Origin: Chrysomallon squamiferum | Lineage: Eukaryota > Animalia > Mollusca | DNA length: 64,000 nucleotides | Reading direction: 5' to 3' | Assembly (NCBI GenBank): GCA_012295275.1 | Contig: CM022670.1 | Location: 10,850,001-10,914,000, forward strand | Part shown: piece after piece, positions 52,201 to 64,000 of the stretch | Layout of the letters: each line of letters opens with the position of its first letter | How positions within the stretch are numbered: the first letter of the stretch is position 1 | Translations under genes and position numbers: made by a program | Notes under the pieces: generated by a model | Told to the model about the DNA's origin: nothing | The model's database searches: none | What the model saw: the letters and a program-made list of their open reading frames with translations, nothing else

Positions 52201-53886
52201 ATTTTAAGCATAAGTTCCACTCTTTAAAAAAATAGGTAATAAGAAAGTTCATGATCATGCTAATATTTTTATTTAAATAATAAATAATAAAAACATTATA
52301 TATATCAAGCATGGAAAACTGAAATTGTTTTTAACTATAAAGTTTAATGAAAAATTATATATTACATTGCAAGTGCAGAAATTGCATCACCAGCAGCAAA
52401 TATCCAGCCACAACACAAAGGCTCATAACCAAGTTTCAGCATGTTGATCATATCTGAAACAGCACAAATTAAAATTTAAAAAAATGCGAAAAATGAAAAT
52501 AATTATGGAATTTAAATCATTAACATCATAAATACAGTTAATACATTATTTTTATCTGATTATTTTTTGGTAATATATATATTTTTGGCACTTACCAAAA
52601 TTAACAATGTCAAACACTTTGGCAGTCTTGTCATCTGAGATAGAACAACAGAATTCTCCATTTGTGCTCACAGAAAGATCCTGAATATTACCTTGAGTAA
52701 TAAAAAAATTAAATTAAAAAATTTAAAAAATTAAAAATAATAAAAAAAAGGATTATGTTTGTGTTTTTAAAATCATACAATAGAATATATCACCTATTAG
52801 AGAGTTAAAAAAAAGAAAAAAGAGATATATTATTTTAAATATGAAATAATTTTTATGATTATAATGATAAATATAAATAATAATAATTAATAAATAATTA
52901 AGTAAATATATATATATATATATAGACACCTATATTAAACTATATTTTAATTATTGTTTTACCAAGATGGCTCCTGAAGTGTTTAACAAATTCTATTCCA
53001 CATTCATCTGTTTTCTTCCAGAACTTTAAATGACCATCCTTACTTGCTGTGATAATAAAATCAGATCTGAAATAAATTTTAAATATTATGAATTTTTACT
53101 TATTCTTATATTTCATTTGAATGTTGGGAAATATTAATAAATTCAAATATTTAAAAACTGATAATACACCTATCTATTAATATCTTGGATGAAATGAAAT
53201 ATAGTGATTATCTCAGATACAATGAGGTTTGATTACCTCAATTTTAATTGCCATTTGTTCAAAATTTATATATATAAAGTTTCATTACACAGAATACTTA
53301 TTACCAAACTGTAAACTTTATGAAACATGTATATGTAAATGCACATGACGTTACTGTAATCTCACTTGGCGACAGCAACATGGGTAAGCACATCACGGTG
53401 CATGTAACTTTTCTCATAATATTCTGCATTGGGAAGGTTGTCCAAATAGATTTTCTCAAAATCTAAAACTGAAATAAAAATTTAAAAAGCAAATCTTAAT
53501 GCAATCATTATGAAATAAAATACATGTGTCTCTCCTCTCTTTATAAAAATTAAATAAAACCTAAAAAGGTGGTGATTATTAAGTATATTGCATAGTCTAT
53601 AGGCATATAACATTATGATTATTAATCATCGTTCATATTTTGTTTGTTGTAAGGGCTTCAGCATAGGTAATCTTTATTGAAAAAATTACCCAATAAACAG
53701 TGGACTAACTACAGTTTTAATGGTAACAGAATATAATCTAGCAAAGTGGGATGAATTAGTGAATTAGTGAATACCTTTTCTTTTCTTCGGTTTTACAGCT
53801 TCATCTGGCATTGGTCCTATCCAGTTGTTATCATCAGGTATGTTTTCTTCATTGTCTTCAAGTGGCCGTTTCTCTTGTGTTGACAT
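46233..53886 (-). CDS. PPWD1: Peptidylprolyl isomerase domain and WD repeat-containing protein 1. Exons 53886-53775, 53468-53366, 53066-52963, 52691-52596, 52453-52366, 51975-51870, 51274-51131, 50851-50777, 50208-50128, 49978-49885, 49342-49289, 48979-48742, 48509-48443, 48060-47978, 47543-47432, 46890-46739, 46376-46233. One apparent 1-nt frameshift
   Basis: N-terminal WIGPMP and [12 protein letters not shown]40 repeats ([27 protein letters not shown]), [12 protein letters not shown], then a cyclophilin domain ([44 protein letters not shown]). Confidence 0.95.
50355..50575 (+). repeat. Dispersed ~220-bp repeat, copy 1 (PPWD1 intron)
   Basis: Colinear with 54071-54300; shared strings include tttaaaaggtta, ttgttgataa, gccaatgatcaatcagatt, ataaccaaaaacaaaa and catgaaaaat. 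Confidence 0.85.
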
Positions 53887-54051
53887 TTTTAATAAATGAT
53901 CGTTGTCTTGTTATTATAATTTGAAATTGGGTTCTTCGAAAAGGCTTAGGTAATATCAAATCTCGCACTTACTTCGTAATTACTTGCAAGAGTCAGTATG
54001 GTATAAAACACCAACCTCTAATCATAGATGTAAATTTCAGAGGTTTATAAC

Positions 54052-54074
54052 TTTTCGCGCGGTGAACAGGAAGT
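54052..54074. promoter_or_regulatory. E2F and ETS motifs in the PPWD1/PCBD bidirectional promoter
   Basis: Canonical TTTCGCGC at 54053-54060 and CAGGAAGT at 54067-54074, between divergent start codons at 53886 and 54590. Confidence 0.55.
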
Positions 54075-54300
54075 AGTAATTGTAAGTAGCCGATTTAAAA
54101 GGTTATCAGACCTGTAACCGTAACATAATTAGTTAACGAGTTGTTATAATGATTTCAATAATCGACTTGTTGATAAAGATTCGCCAATGATCAATCAGAT
54201 TCAAATCGTAAATCGTTACATAACCAAAAACAAAATATTGTTTATCCATGAAAAATCTACAAAATTTAGTTTGATCTGACACTCTTTGCCGGTATTTTAT
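54071..54300 (+). repeat. Dispersed ~220-bp repeat, copy 2 (inside the PPWD1/PCBD promoter)
   Basis: Colinear with 50355-50575 and in the same orientation. Confidence 0.85.
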
Positions 54301-54589
54301 TCATACTAAAATAGTCACATCTCTGTTTATATTTTCTGTAAAGCAGCATAATGAGACTAATTATTCTTATTTGCGTATCTATTACATTTACAACCTTATT
54401 TCCATCAACAAGTTACATTTAAAACTGATCAAATGTGACACTGAAATTTGGTAACTACATTCTTTATACATTTAACACAAATGAGAAAAAAATGTCAGAG
54501 GAATAAATATCGTAAAGTTTAACCTGCATATCCGGACAGAATCGGACACGAGTAACATTTTTGTACATTACACCGGGAAGATCAGCTGG

Positions 54590-57250
54590 ATGAGGAGCAA
54601 ACTAATTCAGTCATTATCTGCGCCGGCTCGTTTACTTTATGTCAGGAGAGGATTAAAGAAAATGGTAATTTGCATTTCACGTTAATTTTTAAAATTAGGA
54701 ATTTGTGCGGAAAATAATTTCGTAATAGACTGCAGAGTCATCAAATTTATCGTTCAGGTATCCCGCCCCATTTCCCCGAGTCCTTTGCAGGTGAAACACC
54801 GAATTAATCATTATAATAATTTTGGATCAAATTAAAAGTATCGACAATTCATAATTACTATTTTTTCTTAATAACAAACAGTTTGTTGTGAAGTATAAAG
54901 TATAGAGACTGGGCGCATTTAATATTAAAAATAAAATTAAGGTGATGGTGTTGTATTTTATGATGAAATTCCGAATAGAGTTGTCCTTCTTGCCATAAAC
55001 AGAAAAGAAATGTGAACTTGACGCATCTCAATATTTTAAAATATTAAAATTTTTAAATTTCAAAAATCATATTCAGTATTCTTAAAAAGTTTAATTAATA
55101 TTTATCATGCATATGAATCACATGATCATATTATTTAACTATTATATCTTAAATAAATTTATATTTTTAATTTATTTAAATTATTTATTTTTAATATCTA
55201 ATAAGTAATAATTATGTTCACAGATATATGTTATATAATTTGCTTGATATATTTTGTTACTGGCTGTAGATATAAATGTATTGATATTACAAACACCTCT
55301 TAGATGACAATTATAATCTTTTAAGAATTCAGGCCATTTCTATGAATAATGAAGTATATACTCTTTTTTAATTAACGATATTTGAATTTAGTATCATAGA
55401 TTCTTTTTATACATTTGTTTGATTTTCAGGCAACAGAAGCAAAGCGAGCAAAACTTACTGATGAAGAACGAAGTAAAGTTCTTGATCCACTGAAAAGTGC
55501 TGGCTGGTCTACTTTTAGTGGACGTGATGCTATATACAAGGAATTTCTCTTCAAAGATTTTAATCAGGTTCATTGTTATTCTGTCTAAAACAACACACCA
55601 GTCCAATATTCATGACATTAACAAGGCTTTTTAATACATAATCCATGATTCATATATATGTATTAAGCAAAATCTATCATTAAACTAAAAGGTTATTCAC
55701 TGCAAACAAAAATATAAATTGTACATACAGTTGAATATTTAAGTGTTACATGAGACTGCAACATTTTCTCCAAATTATTATTAACTATTTCAAAGAACTG
55801 TGGAAAGAAAAAAAAAGAATCATATTTAAGTCCTAATATTATCCCCATTTCAAATTTTCAAATTATAAAAAATTTGTTGAGAGAAATAAAAATAAATCAT
55901 ATTTACATAATTACACTCTACACAAATGTATTTTGAATACTGTAAATTTTTAAATTAAGGTCTTACTACAACTTTCAGGAATGTATTGCAGGGTATCAGT
56001 TAACAAATATTAGTTGTTGTGCAGTGATTACTTGGTATTAATTAGCATTGTACAAAATAATTTTTATTACTGAGCAAAAATGTGCTATTTGTTAAAGAAC
56101 AGAAAGCATCCTTTGGTATCAGATGTATCTAGAAGTTAAAAACAAATTCTAATCCAAAATATGCACAATTTGTAAATAAAACCACTTTTCTAGCTTTGCT
56201 GGTATCACATATTAATTTTTTATTTTTCTTAAATACTACCAAAACCAAAAAACAAAAGCAAAACCAAACACAACACAACAACAACAAAAAAGAAAATAAT
56301 AAACAACAACAACATAAAAACAAAAAATAAAAAAGATTCAAACAAATTAAAATGTTTTAATGTAGTAATTGAAATAACACAGAAGTGTTGTTTAATAGAT
56401 TTTATCTGAAATTACAGGCTTTTGGCTTCATGACTCGGGTAGCCCTGTTGGCTGATAAGATGGATCATCATCCTGAGTGGTTTAATGTGTACAACAAGGT
56501 AACGTTATCACAGCAAATTCATCATCAAGTTCATTACATAAGATGACACTGCAATATGTGCAGATATGTAGCATAAGTGATTCTTAATACAGTAAAAGTT
56601 TTAACAAAACAAACTGAAAATAAAAACCTGTACTGTCAATTTTTTTAACCTTCTGTTCAAGTTTGATAAACATAATAATCTATATTTTATATCAGCAAAA
56701 ATGATTTTGTAACATTTCACTGTAAAACAAAACAGTTTAAGTATAATAAGATAAATTAATAAATCTTTAAGCAGTTTAAAGGGATTGTAGTATTTTAACA
56801 TACTTCAACAATCGTAGACTTCAGTGTAATGTAAAATGATCAACTTGAGTATAAAATCTGGGAATGGAAATGACATCAACGTTATCTCTTTAAAAATAAA
56901 AATGTTCTTCTTTTATTTTTTAAATTATGATTTCTTTTTAATTACAAATAATAAAAACTATAGTAGATTCGAATATTTAAAAGAAAATACTATGTTTATC
57001 TCTGTTTAACTGAATTCTCTATCTATGTGTTTCCATTCTCTTAATTCATAAATGCAGTTTAGTATTAATTAATTTTTCATTTCAGAGTCTGTTTTGTAGC
57101 ATAATTAAAATGGATGCATGTTACTGATTATGATTAATTTTTCAACAGGTTCAGATAACTCTGAGTTCACATGATGTTAATGGGTTATCTCAGCGTGATG
57201 TCAAGCTAGCCACATTTATGGAGATGGTTGCCAAATCAACTAAAGAATGA
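54590..57250 (+). CDS. PCBD: Pterin-4-alpha-carbinolamine dehydratase (DCoH). Exons 54590-54664, 55430-55567, 56418-56498, 57149-57250
   Basis: Motifs [66 protein letters not shown]. All introns are phase 0 GT-AG. Exon 1 ends ATG|GT. Confidence 0.95.
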
Positions 57251-60200
57251 TACTCCTATAAAAAAATTATCATAACTTTCCACAAGGACTGATAAACAAA
57301 ACTCAAACTTCAACATTCATTTATTTCATTTTTGTAAAGAAGAGATGTATTTTGATGTTGGCAACTCTTATGTAGGATAGTAATGAATAAAATCTGAATA
57401 TTCTTGTTCTGGAGGACTGGTTAATAATCTTTTTTTCCATTTTTCCTCAAATATATTTTGACTAATGACAAACAGGATAGAAAATCTCTTCGGAACTATT
57501 TTATTTCTGTTAACATAGATGTGTTATTTTAGAGGCAATCTGTTGTTAATTTCTTATTTTAAAAACATTTGTATGAATCTTATTAAGAAAGATGGATTTA
57601 GAAACTAACAGTTGAATTTTAGGGTTTGTTTTAGACGGTTGGTTAATTATGTAAACTGTCTTCTACAAAATTCCTTAAATTAGTATTGGTAAAAAAGAAA
57701 AAATATTTGAAATTTATATGTCAAAATAAAAGAAAAGAAAAACAAACAATCTGCATTATCTTTCAGATGCATTTTATTATATTAAAAACACCATGTTAGC
57801 CTTTGGTATAAAATTTTATGTCGATTTTATGTTCATAAATTGTTTTTGGAGTCATTTTACACAGTTATTCTGTTTTCAGATAGCAACAAACGGTTGTTTT
57901 GTTTTGCTAACAAAAGTATTGTTACATTTTTACACTTATTTATCTAGTTTATGTCATATCAGTTTAAATTGCAATAAATAATCAGAACTGTTTTCTGTGT
58001 TTTGTTATTTTTTCTTTCAGTCCTTAGGTGATTCTGTTCTTTGTTGTTGACTGTCAGACTATTAACAGTTTTAAGAATAAAAAACTTTAAAATGTTTTAT
58101 TTGTCAATGTTTTTATATCTGTAACCACTCGAGTTAGTCCTTCATTTCAAATCACAAGACTTAGGAAAGTGAATATTTGGAAAATAAGAGATTGTTAAAT
58201 ATGTTTTGTTTAAATACATTAATAATATATCACTATGGTCTGACTTTCTGAACAATGTAATGGTTACGGATTAAATTTGGGATTTTAAATTTCAAGCGGT
58301 AATGTTTACGACAGTACATATAGATATATTTATATCTCATTCCTGTTTTTAATGGTGAAAGATTAAATAATATACATTTTATTATTATTATTAATAACAG
58401 AAATTCATTCGTAATCCAAGCAGCAGTTTTGAAGAACAAGTTAGTTACAGTTAAAGCATGTGATAGAATGGTTTCCTTCTCGATATGGTTATCTTTTATA
58501 TGTATCTTGCCATAATCAGGAATAACGATTTTGGAATAACCACTTGGAACTTGAATAGCCGGTCCTCTAATCCCTGATAACAAAATATCTGGAAAAAAGT
58601 TATTCTTAGGTTCGGGTTAATTGCTAGATGTAGAGCGACAATAATCACGTGACATTGTTAATCATTAGGGTGAGATTTATATATTTTTGGTGGTCCTGGG
58701 CCAAACTTATCAGTCGGCACCAAATTTACAGAACTATTTATAGAACTATTAGCATGTTTCAGCATCTTTGTGTGTGTGTGTGTGTAAAATAAAAACTGGT
58801 ATTCTAAGTATTGAATTAACAAGACAAAATAATCACTTAAAAATATAATATTTATTAATCTTACAAGAAGAAAATAAAACAAATTCTAAAAAGAAATTAC
58901 ACATGTATTAGTGAGAGATGTTTTGTTAACTTAAATATCATTAAAAAGTACATTACGTTCAGTTTTATTTTTCATATCAACTACACATCATTATGTACAA
59001 TAAAATACACCGTTTTATATATATAGTTTAATTAAACTACATTTATTTGTACGTTGACCTTAAAGCATAGATTTGGTGGTACATGGATATGGAAATTGAA
59101 TTTTACGCTTACAAGATCTTTTAACAATCTTTGCTAATAATAAAGTATGACAAAGTGATGTAAAAAAAGATGCATGGTCACTGATGTAATTCATTACGTC
59201 ATAGCGTAAGGTTAAAAATAACGAAATATAAAAAATAGGTTTTTAACAAAACTTCAAATAACACATTAAATAATAATAAAATAAAATAAAATAAAATAAA
59301 ATAAAATAAAATAAATAAACCCGTGTCGTATTTCCATTTTATCAACATTAGAACTCGGGGTCTAAATCATTGCAGTTTGTATATACCAGAGATTTATATA
59401 TGTTTCATGTAAGAGGAAAAATAAACAAAAAAGCAAAAATGAAATCAACGTCCATGCATGCATCTTTACGAGATTATAATAATATTTAGTACATTTTTAT
59501 TATTTTAGTGGCGACTGGTGTCACTCGAACATACTAAAAATCGTATTTGTATAATCAAAGATTTACCTTAATAAAAAGTGCATGACATATCCACAGTAAT
59601 TAAATAATCTTAGACGATAACTGCCTTTCTAATGACAGATTACAGTAATAAGTAATCGATCAAAATTAATAAAAAAAATAAAACAAATGAACCAAACTAA
59701 TACCAGCAGTGATAGAATAATGTTAATTTACAATGACATGACAGACAAAACATATTTTTAATTGATTTTGTTGTATTATTTTTGTTTCAAATATACGACA
59801 GAAACACATGAGCTTTTGTTGCTCTTTAGTAACGTAGAAATTCTTTCACAAGTTGACAGTTTTAAAATTTGTTTTTGATCCTTTATATTGGAAAACTGTA
59901 TTTACAGTAAGTGTAATTGTAGATTCTTCGTGTCTCTTTTTGACTTACAAGTACATGTAGCAAAACGTAATTACATGTATGTGGTTGAATTTAGACGTGA
60001 GAGATAAATGATTATAATATATTATGTGTCATATGTAATGTTATATACAGGCTATATAATACATATATATATTTTTTAATTATTATTTTATAATTTTTTT
60101 TTTTTTTTTTTCTCCTTGTATTTTCATTGTTATCTTTTATCACATTTTTGGAAAGTATACAAATAAATGTGAACAAATAGTCTACGAAGGAAATTGACAA

Positions 60201-60564
60201 GAACATACTTCTAACAAACAATACAAATAAACGACTTAGTAAATACAATTTGATTTGGTCGTTAAGATATTTTGCAAAATATTCTAGAAACTACTTCGTT
60301 TCCATGTCGACAAAATATGGACTCTGTCAAAAATGTGCTCATTTTGTTTGCACGCCATTAATATTTCAAAAAACCCGCAACGGTTCAGTAAACAATTTTG
60401 TTGGTTTTGTCGTTTCCTTACACTTCAATCCATTCACGTCCAAAACCACTTAAAAAACAGTCCAGTGTGTCCGTATTTTAAAAACAATTCTCACTGTTCT
60501 TTCCTTCTCGAGAAGCAAATTTGCCAATCAATATGGCCACTTTACGATAATGGACTCAACAAGT

Positions 60565-60682
60565 TTACAGGTTTTCCACAGTCAGAGGTTCTGCAGGCGT
60601 GTCTTTCATCGCTGCTCGTTGTTTCAGTTCCAGCAATCTCTCCCGTGTCAGCTGCGCTTGTTTTTCCTTTGCCTGGGCAAGT
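60565..60682 (-). other. Probable terminal exon of an unidentified minus-strand gene
   Basis: Strong acceptor (tttgttttgtcttctttgcag) in front of a GC-rich island. The phase-2 frame reads as a helical peptide, LAQAKEKQAQLTRERLLELKQRAAMKDTPAEPLTVENL*. Upstream exons are unresolved. Confidence 0.5.
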
Positions 60683-60710
60683 CTGCAAAGAAGACAAAAC
60701 AAATAAACAT

Positions 60711-60943
60711 AAAAATAAAAATAAAAATAAAAATAAAAATAAAAATAAAAATAAAAATAAAAATAAAAATAAAATAAAATAAAATAAATAAAATAAAATT
60801 AAATTAAATTAAAATTAAATATAAAAGAAACAACGAATTTCTGTTATCTAAACATTTTTTACTATTACTACTACCTATACCTCTACCACTATTACTACTA
60901 CTACTACTACTACTACTACAATCACTAGCGCCACTACTACTAT

Positions 60944-60974
<31 letters not shown>

Positions 60975-60996
60975 GCCACTACTACAACTATTACTA
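60711..60996. repeat. (AAAAAT)n hexamer and (CTA)n microsatellites
   Basis: Directly visible. They explain the KNKNKN and IKIKIK pseudo-ORFs. Confidence 0.9.
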
Positions 60997-62532
60997 TTAA
61001 TATTAATAAAATAATAATAAATAATAAAACGAGAACAGAAAATAAAATCAACAATACAAATAATAGAATATCACCACAGAAATCAGCAAAAATAACAATA
61101 ACAACAGCTACACGGTAGCAAAAATAATAATAACTTCAATATACTGATACCACCACCACTGCTATTATTACCATTACTACCACTGCAACTATTAATAATG
61201 TAATAAATACAATAAACTAATAACATAAATGATAAATACCAGATATTGACTAATAACACAGATCATAAACACCATAAATGAAATATGACTGTCACAGTAA
61301 CACATACATATTTTCATTTTCTGTAACATTTAGAGTTAATTATTAAATTTTTATTGCACACACGGGTCTGCGCGCCATATTTCATTCTTCACATTAATAT
61401 TTACCAATGGCAGACGTGCCAAAGGCCAACGTCAAAGAAAATGGAACGAGGCCTAAAAATGGATACAGTTGAGATGAATATATACGTTTAATGGCATTGT
61501 TTTATTTTTATTTTTAATTGACGTTATTTTAATTGTCTGTAGCACGGTTCGTTTGATTTACTCGTTTATACGTCTTGGAATTACCACTGTTCAATAAACA
61601 TTTTTATTCTCTTTCAAAGGAGAGCAACTAGGACTGACAATGGGTATGTGAATGCCTTGACACATCATAAAACGGTATTGTTTTCATCATCAATAAAATA
61701 ACGTGTTCAACTATTTGAGACAATAAGGAAAAAAAATTCAAGTATCGATCGATCGACAATAACAAATAATGTCGTGCAACTATTATGACATACATATTTC
61801 ATGTTTCTTTTCTTTCTTTTGCTTTTACCATGAATATATATATATATATATATTTTCAATAATTACCAATCATTTTATTATATGATTTTAAAAAATACAC
61901 TCTAATATAAATGATTAATTATCTAGCAAATGGGACGCAATAAAACCTTTAAATATTACTATATCCTTATTTCGAAAATTATGAAAAAGATATGGCTGAT
62001 TATATTGTGATTAAAAGTTTTTATGTTTTTTTTTTTCCCCCGATGACAGCTAGTGCTTGCATTGTATAAATGTGATTAGGTTTTACATCAAAATTATTCT
62101 CATTAGCGTTCTTGTTTCTAATGCATAATACAATGATCTGAGGAGATCAAAGAGAGATATTCGATATATCGTGAACAATATAAAACAGTAGCGGATAACG
62201 GTAAAATGTAATTGCTGTATAGTACAATAAGTCCTCATACAGTTGTGTCAAATAACCAATATGTTTGTCTGTTAAGCAAAAACTGACTAAAGCAATCATA
62301 ATAATGCAGATTATGTCTGCCTCTTAATAAATAATGCATTTTAAAAATTACTTTGATGTTATTTGATGTATAGTATTTTTTATATATTTTTGTGTGAGCT
62401 TCACACACAATTTTAGTAAGAAAATAAAACAAGAGGGATTAAAAAGAGAGAGTAAAATAGAGATGAAAGGTAGGTCATGAACTATAAACAAAATGTTAAC
62501 TGTTATCAAAAATTTTTTAAATATGGTAACCC

Positions 62533-62568
<36 letters not shown>

Positions 62569-62885
62569 AAAACAAGAAGGCGATCTTTCTCATTCAGTGT
62601 TTTCAGGCAAACCTTTCACAGAAGAAGAATATCGACCTGTTGGGCCAAAGCTGCTTACCTCGAGTGGGATCGACAAGCTATTGGGAACAATAACAAAAGA
62701 CGACAGATAAAAACCATACATCTGCTGGTTTGCTTGAAACATGTCGTAGTTGTTTTGGCACTAATAAATGGATGCTGAATTGTTGTGGTTGCTCGCTTCG
62801 GAAATGAAGTCAGAGAGAGCAAAACGTAGTTCCTGATATAATAATTTCTTTCTTTTTGTTTTTTAAAGTCAGAAGATAAGAAAAA

Positions 62886-62949
<64 letters not shown>

Positions 62950-64000
62950 GGGAATTATAAACAAAAAATACAAACTTTACTGAATTTGGTTTACATATTT
63001 TACAAAATATTCTTTAGACACTTTACAATTTGCAAACACCTTAATATATATTTTTAAAATGATACGTTTTGTGTTTATTTATCAGTTTACATCTATTAAT
63101 AACTAATATCTTTAGTTTTCGATGAAAGCCGTAGATCTCAGTGAAAGAATTATTGGTAAATAGCAGGTAAGTTAACAATACAAAACAAATGGATGTTACC
63201 ACGGTTACATTCACGTCAGTAAGAAAATCGGATCTGAGTTATCATGCGCTACTCAGTTTCTATTGAACACCCATTAATCAATAACAACTTGTATGAAAAG
63301 TCACATTCAGGTATGGAGCCACAATACACGTCATTTATTGTTTTGTCTTTGTTCGGTTTTACATATATTACTGGAGCTGAAATCAGTTAACTCGTAGAAA
63401 AGGAAACGCAATACAAGTTCATAAACCTAAATATAAACTAAGAAACAAATACAGATTAAAATTAACATTTCCCAACCAAAATTTGTATAAAGAACACACG
63501 GTGTTTTTTTTTTTTTTTTTTTTATTAAAGTGAAATAAAAACGGAAATCAAAGATTATGTGACTATGTGTATGGATTATATGAAAAATATTTTTGAAAAA
63601 AAAATTTTTGAACAATTAGTACATTATAGCCAGCTAAAAAACCCCACACATAACCCCACAGTAACTCAAGACATTTTGTATCGCAACCCTATACCCATAG
63701 TAACACAATAGCATAAAGAACTCTAACCATATCGCAACCCTAAACCGATCCTTAGATCAAACCTATCCTTGCGCTTAGCAATAATAAACTAGTAAACATA
63801 AACCAGAGATTGTCTTTCAAGCTGTTTAGAGCCAAGCTACATCAGGACACTAGCTCCTTTGATTCAGATAATCATATTGGGTGTATACAATTATTTATGA
63901 ATGCATGGATCGTTAACTTGCATGACTGGTTGCATTTCTGGATAAAAGAATGGATACATGCCTGCATGAATGGTTGCTTCTTGGATGAATGAATCTATAC

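Noticed and set aside
54481-54589. Further upstream ATG for PCBD
   Set aside because: Out of frame with 54590 (109 nt away); it would need an unsupported indel.
58233-58882. Minus-strand ORFs of 116 and 74 aa with an acceptor-like site at ~58590
   Set aside because: No recognisable homology or partner exons, and they run into AT-rich sequence; more likely UTR or repeat.
63640-63780. Degenerate (t)aaccct telomere-like motifs
   Set aside because: Too few and irregular for a telomeric array; possibly a repeat fragment that I cannot classify.

Overview
AT-rich, intron-rich animal genomic DNA (probably a lophotrochozoan such as a mollusc; the taxon is inferred from composition and gene style only). 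Exon chains traced by hand give a dense block of conserved genes: the 3' part of NUP54 (+), KRI1 (+), SKP2 (-), PRCP (-), HCCS (+), an actin (-) with a TATA box and two CArG boxes, PPWD1 (-) and PCBD (+). Three pairs are head-to-head. The standout is a non-canonical ~486-aa gene (7409-9128, -) that joins two POSH/SH3RF-type RING fingers around an intact CBP/p300 TAZ2-type zinc finger, an architecture I do not recognise; it is a candidate nuclear E3 ligase that uses a borrowed coactivator domain as its substrate trap. The window also has a pogo/Tigger deletion derivative, a probable hAT MITE, a ~220-bp repeat shared by a promoter and an intron, and an unresolved region at 60.5-63.3 kb with an orphan terminal exon and a possible 62-aa spliced micro-ORF. 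Four 1-nt frameshifts and one lost splice acceptor fall in or next to homopolymers and are most likely assembly errors. No database searches were run; all identities come from recalled family motifs.
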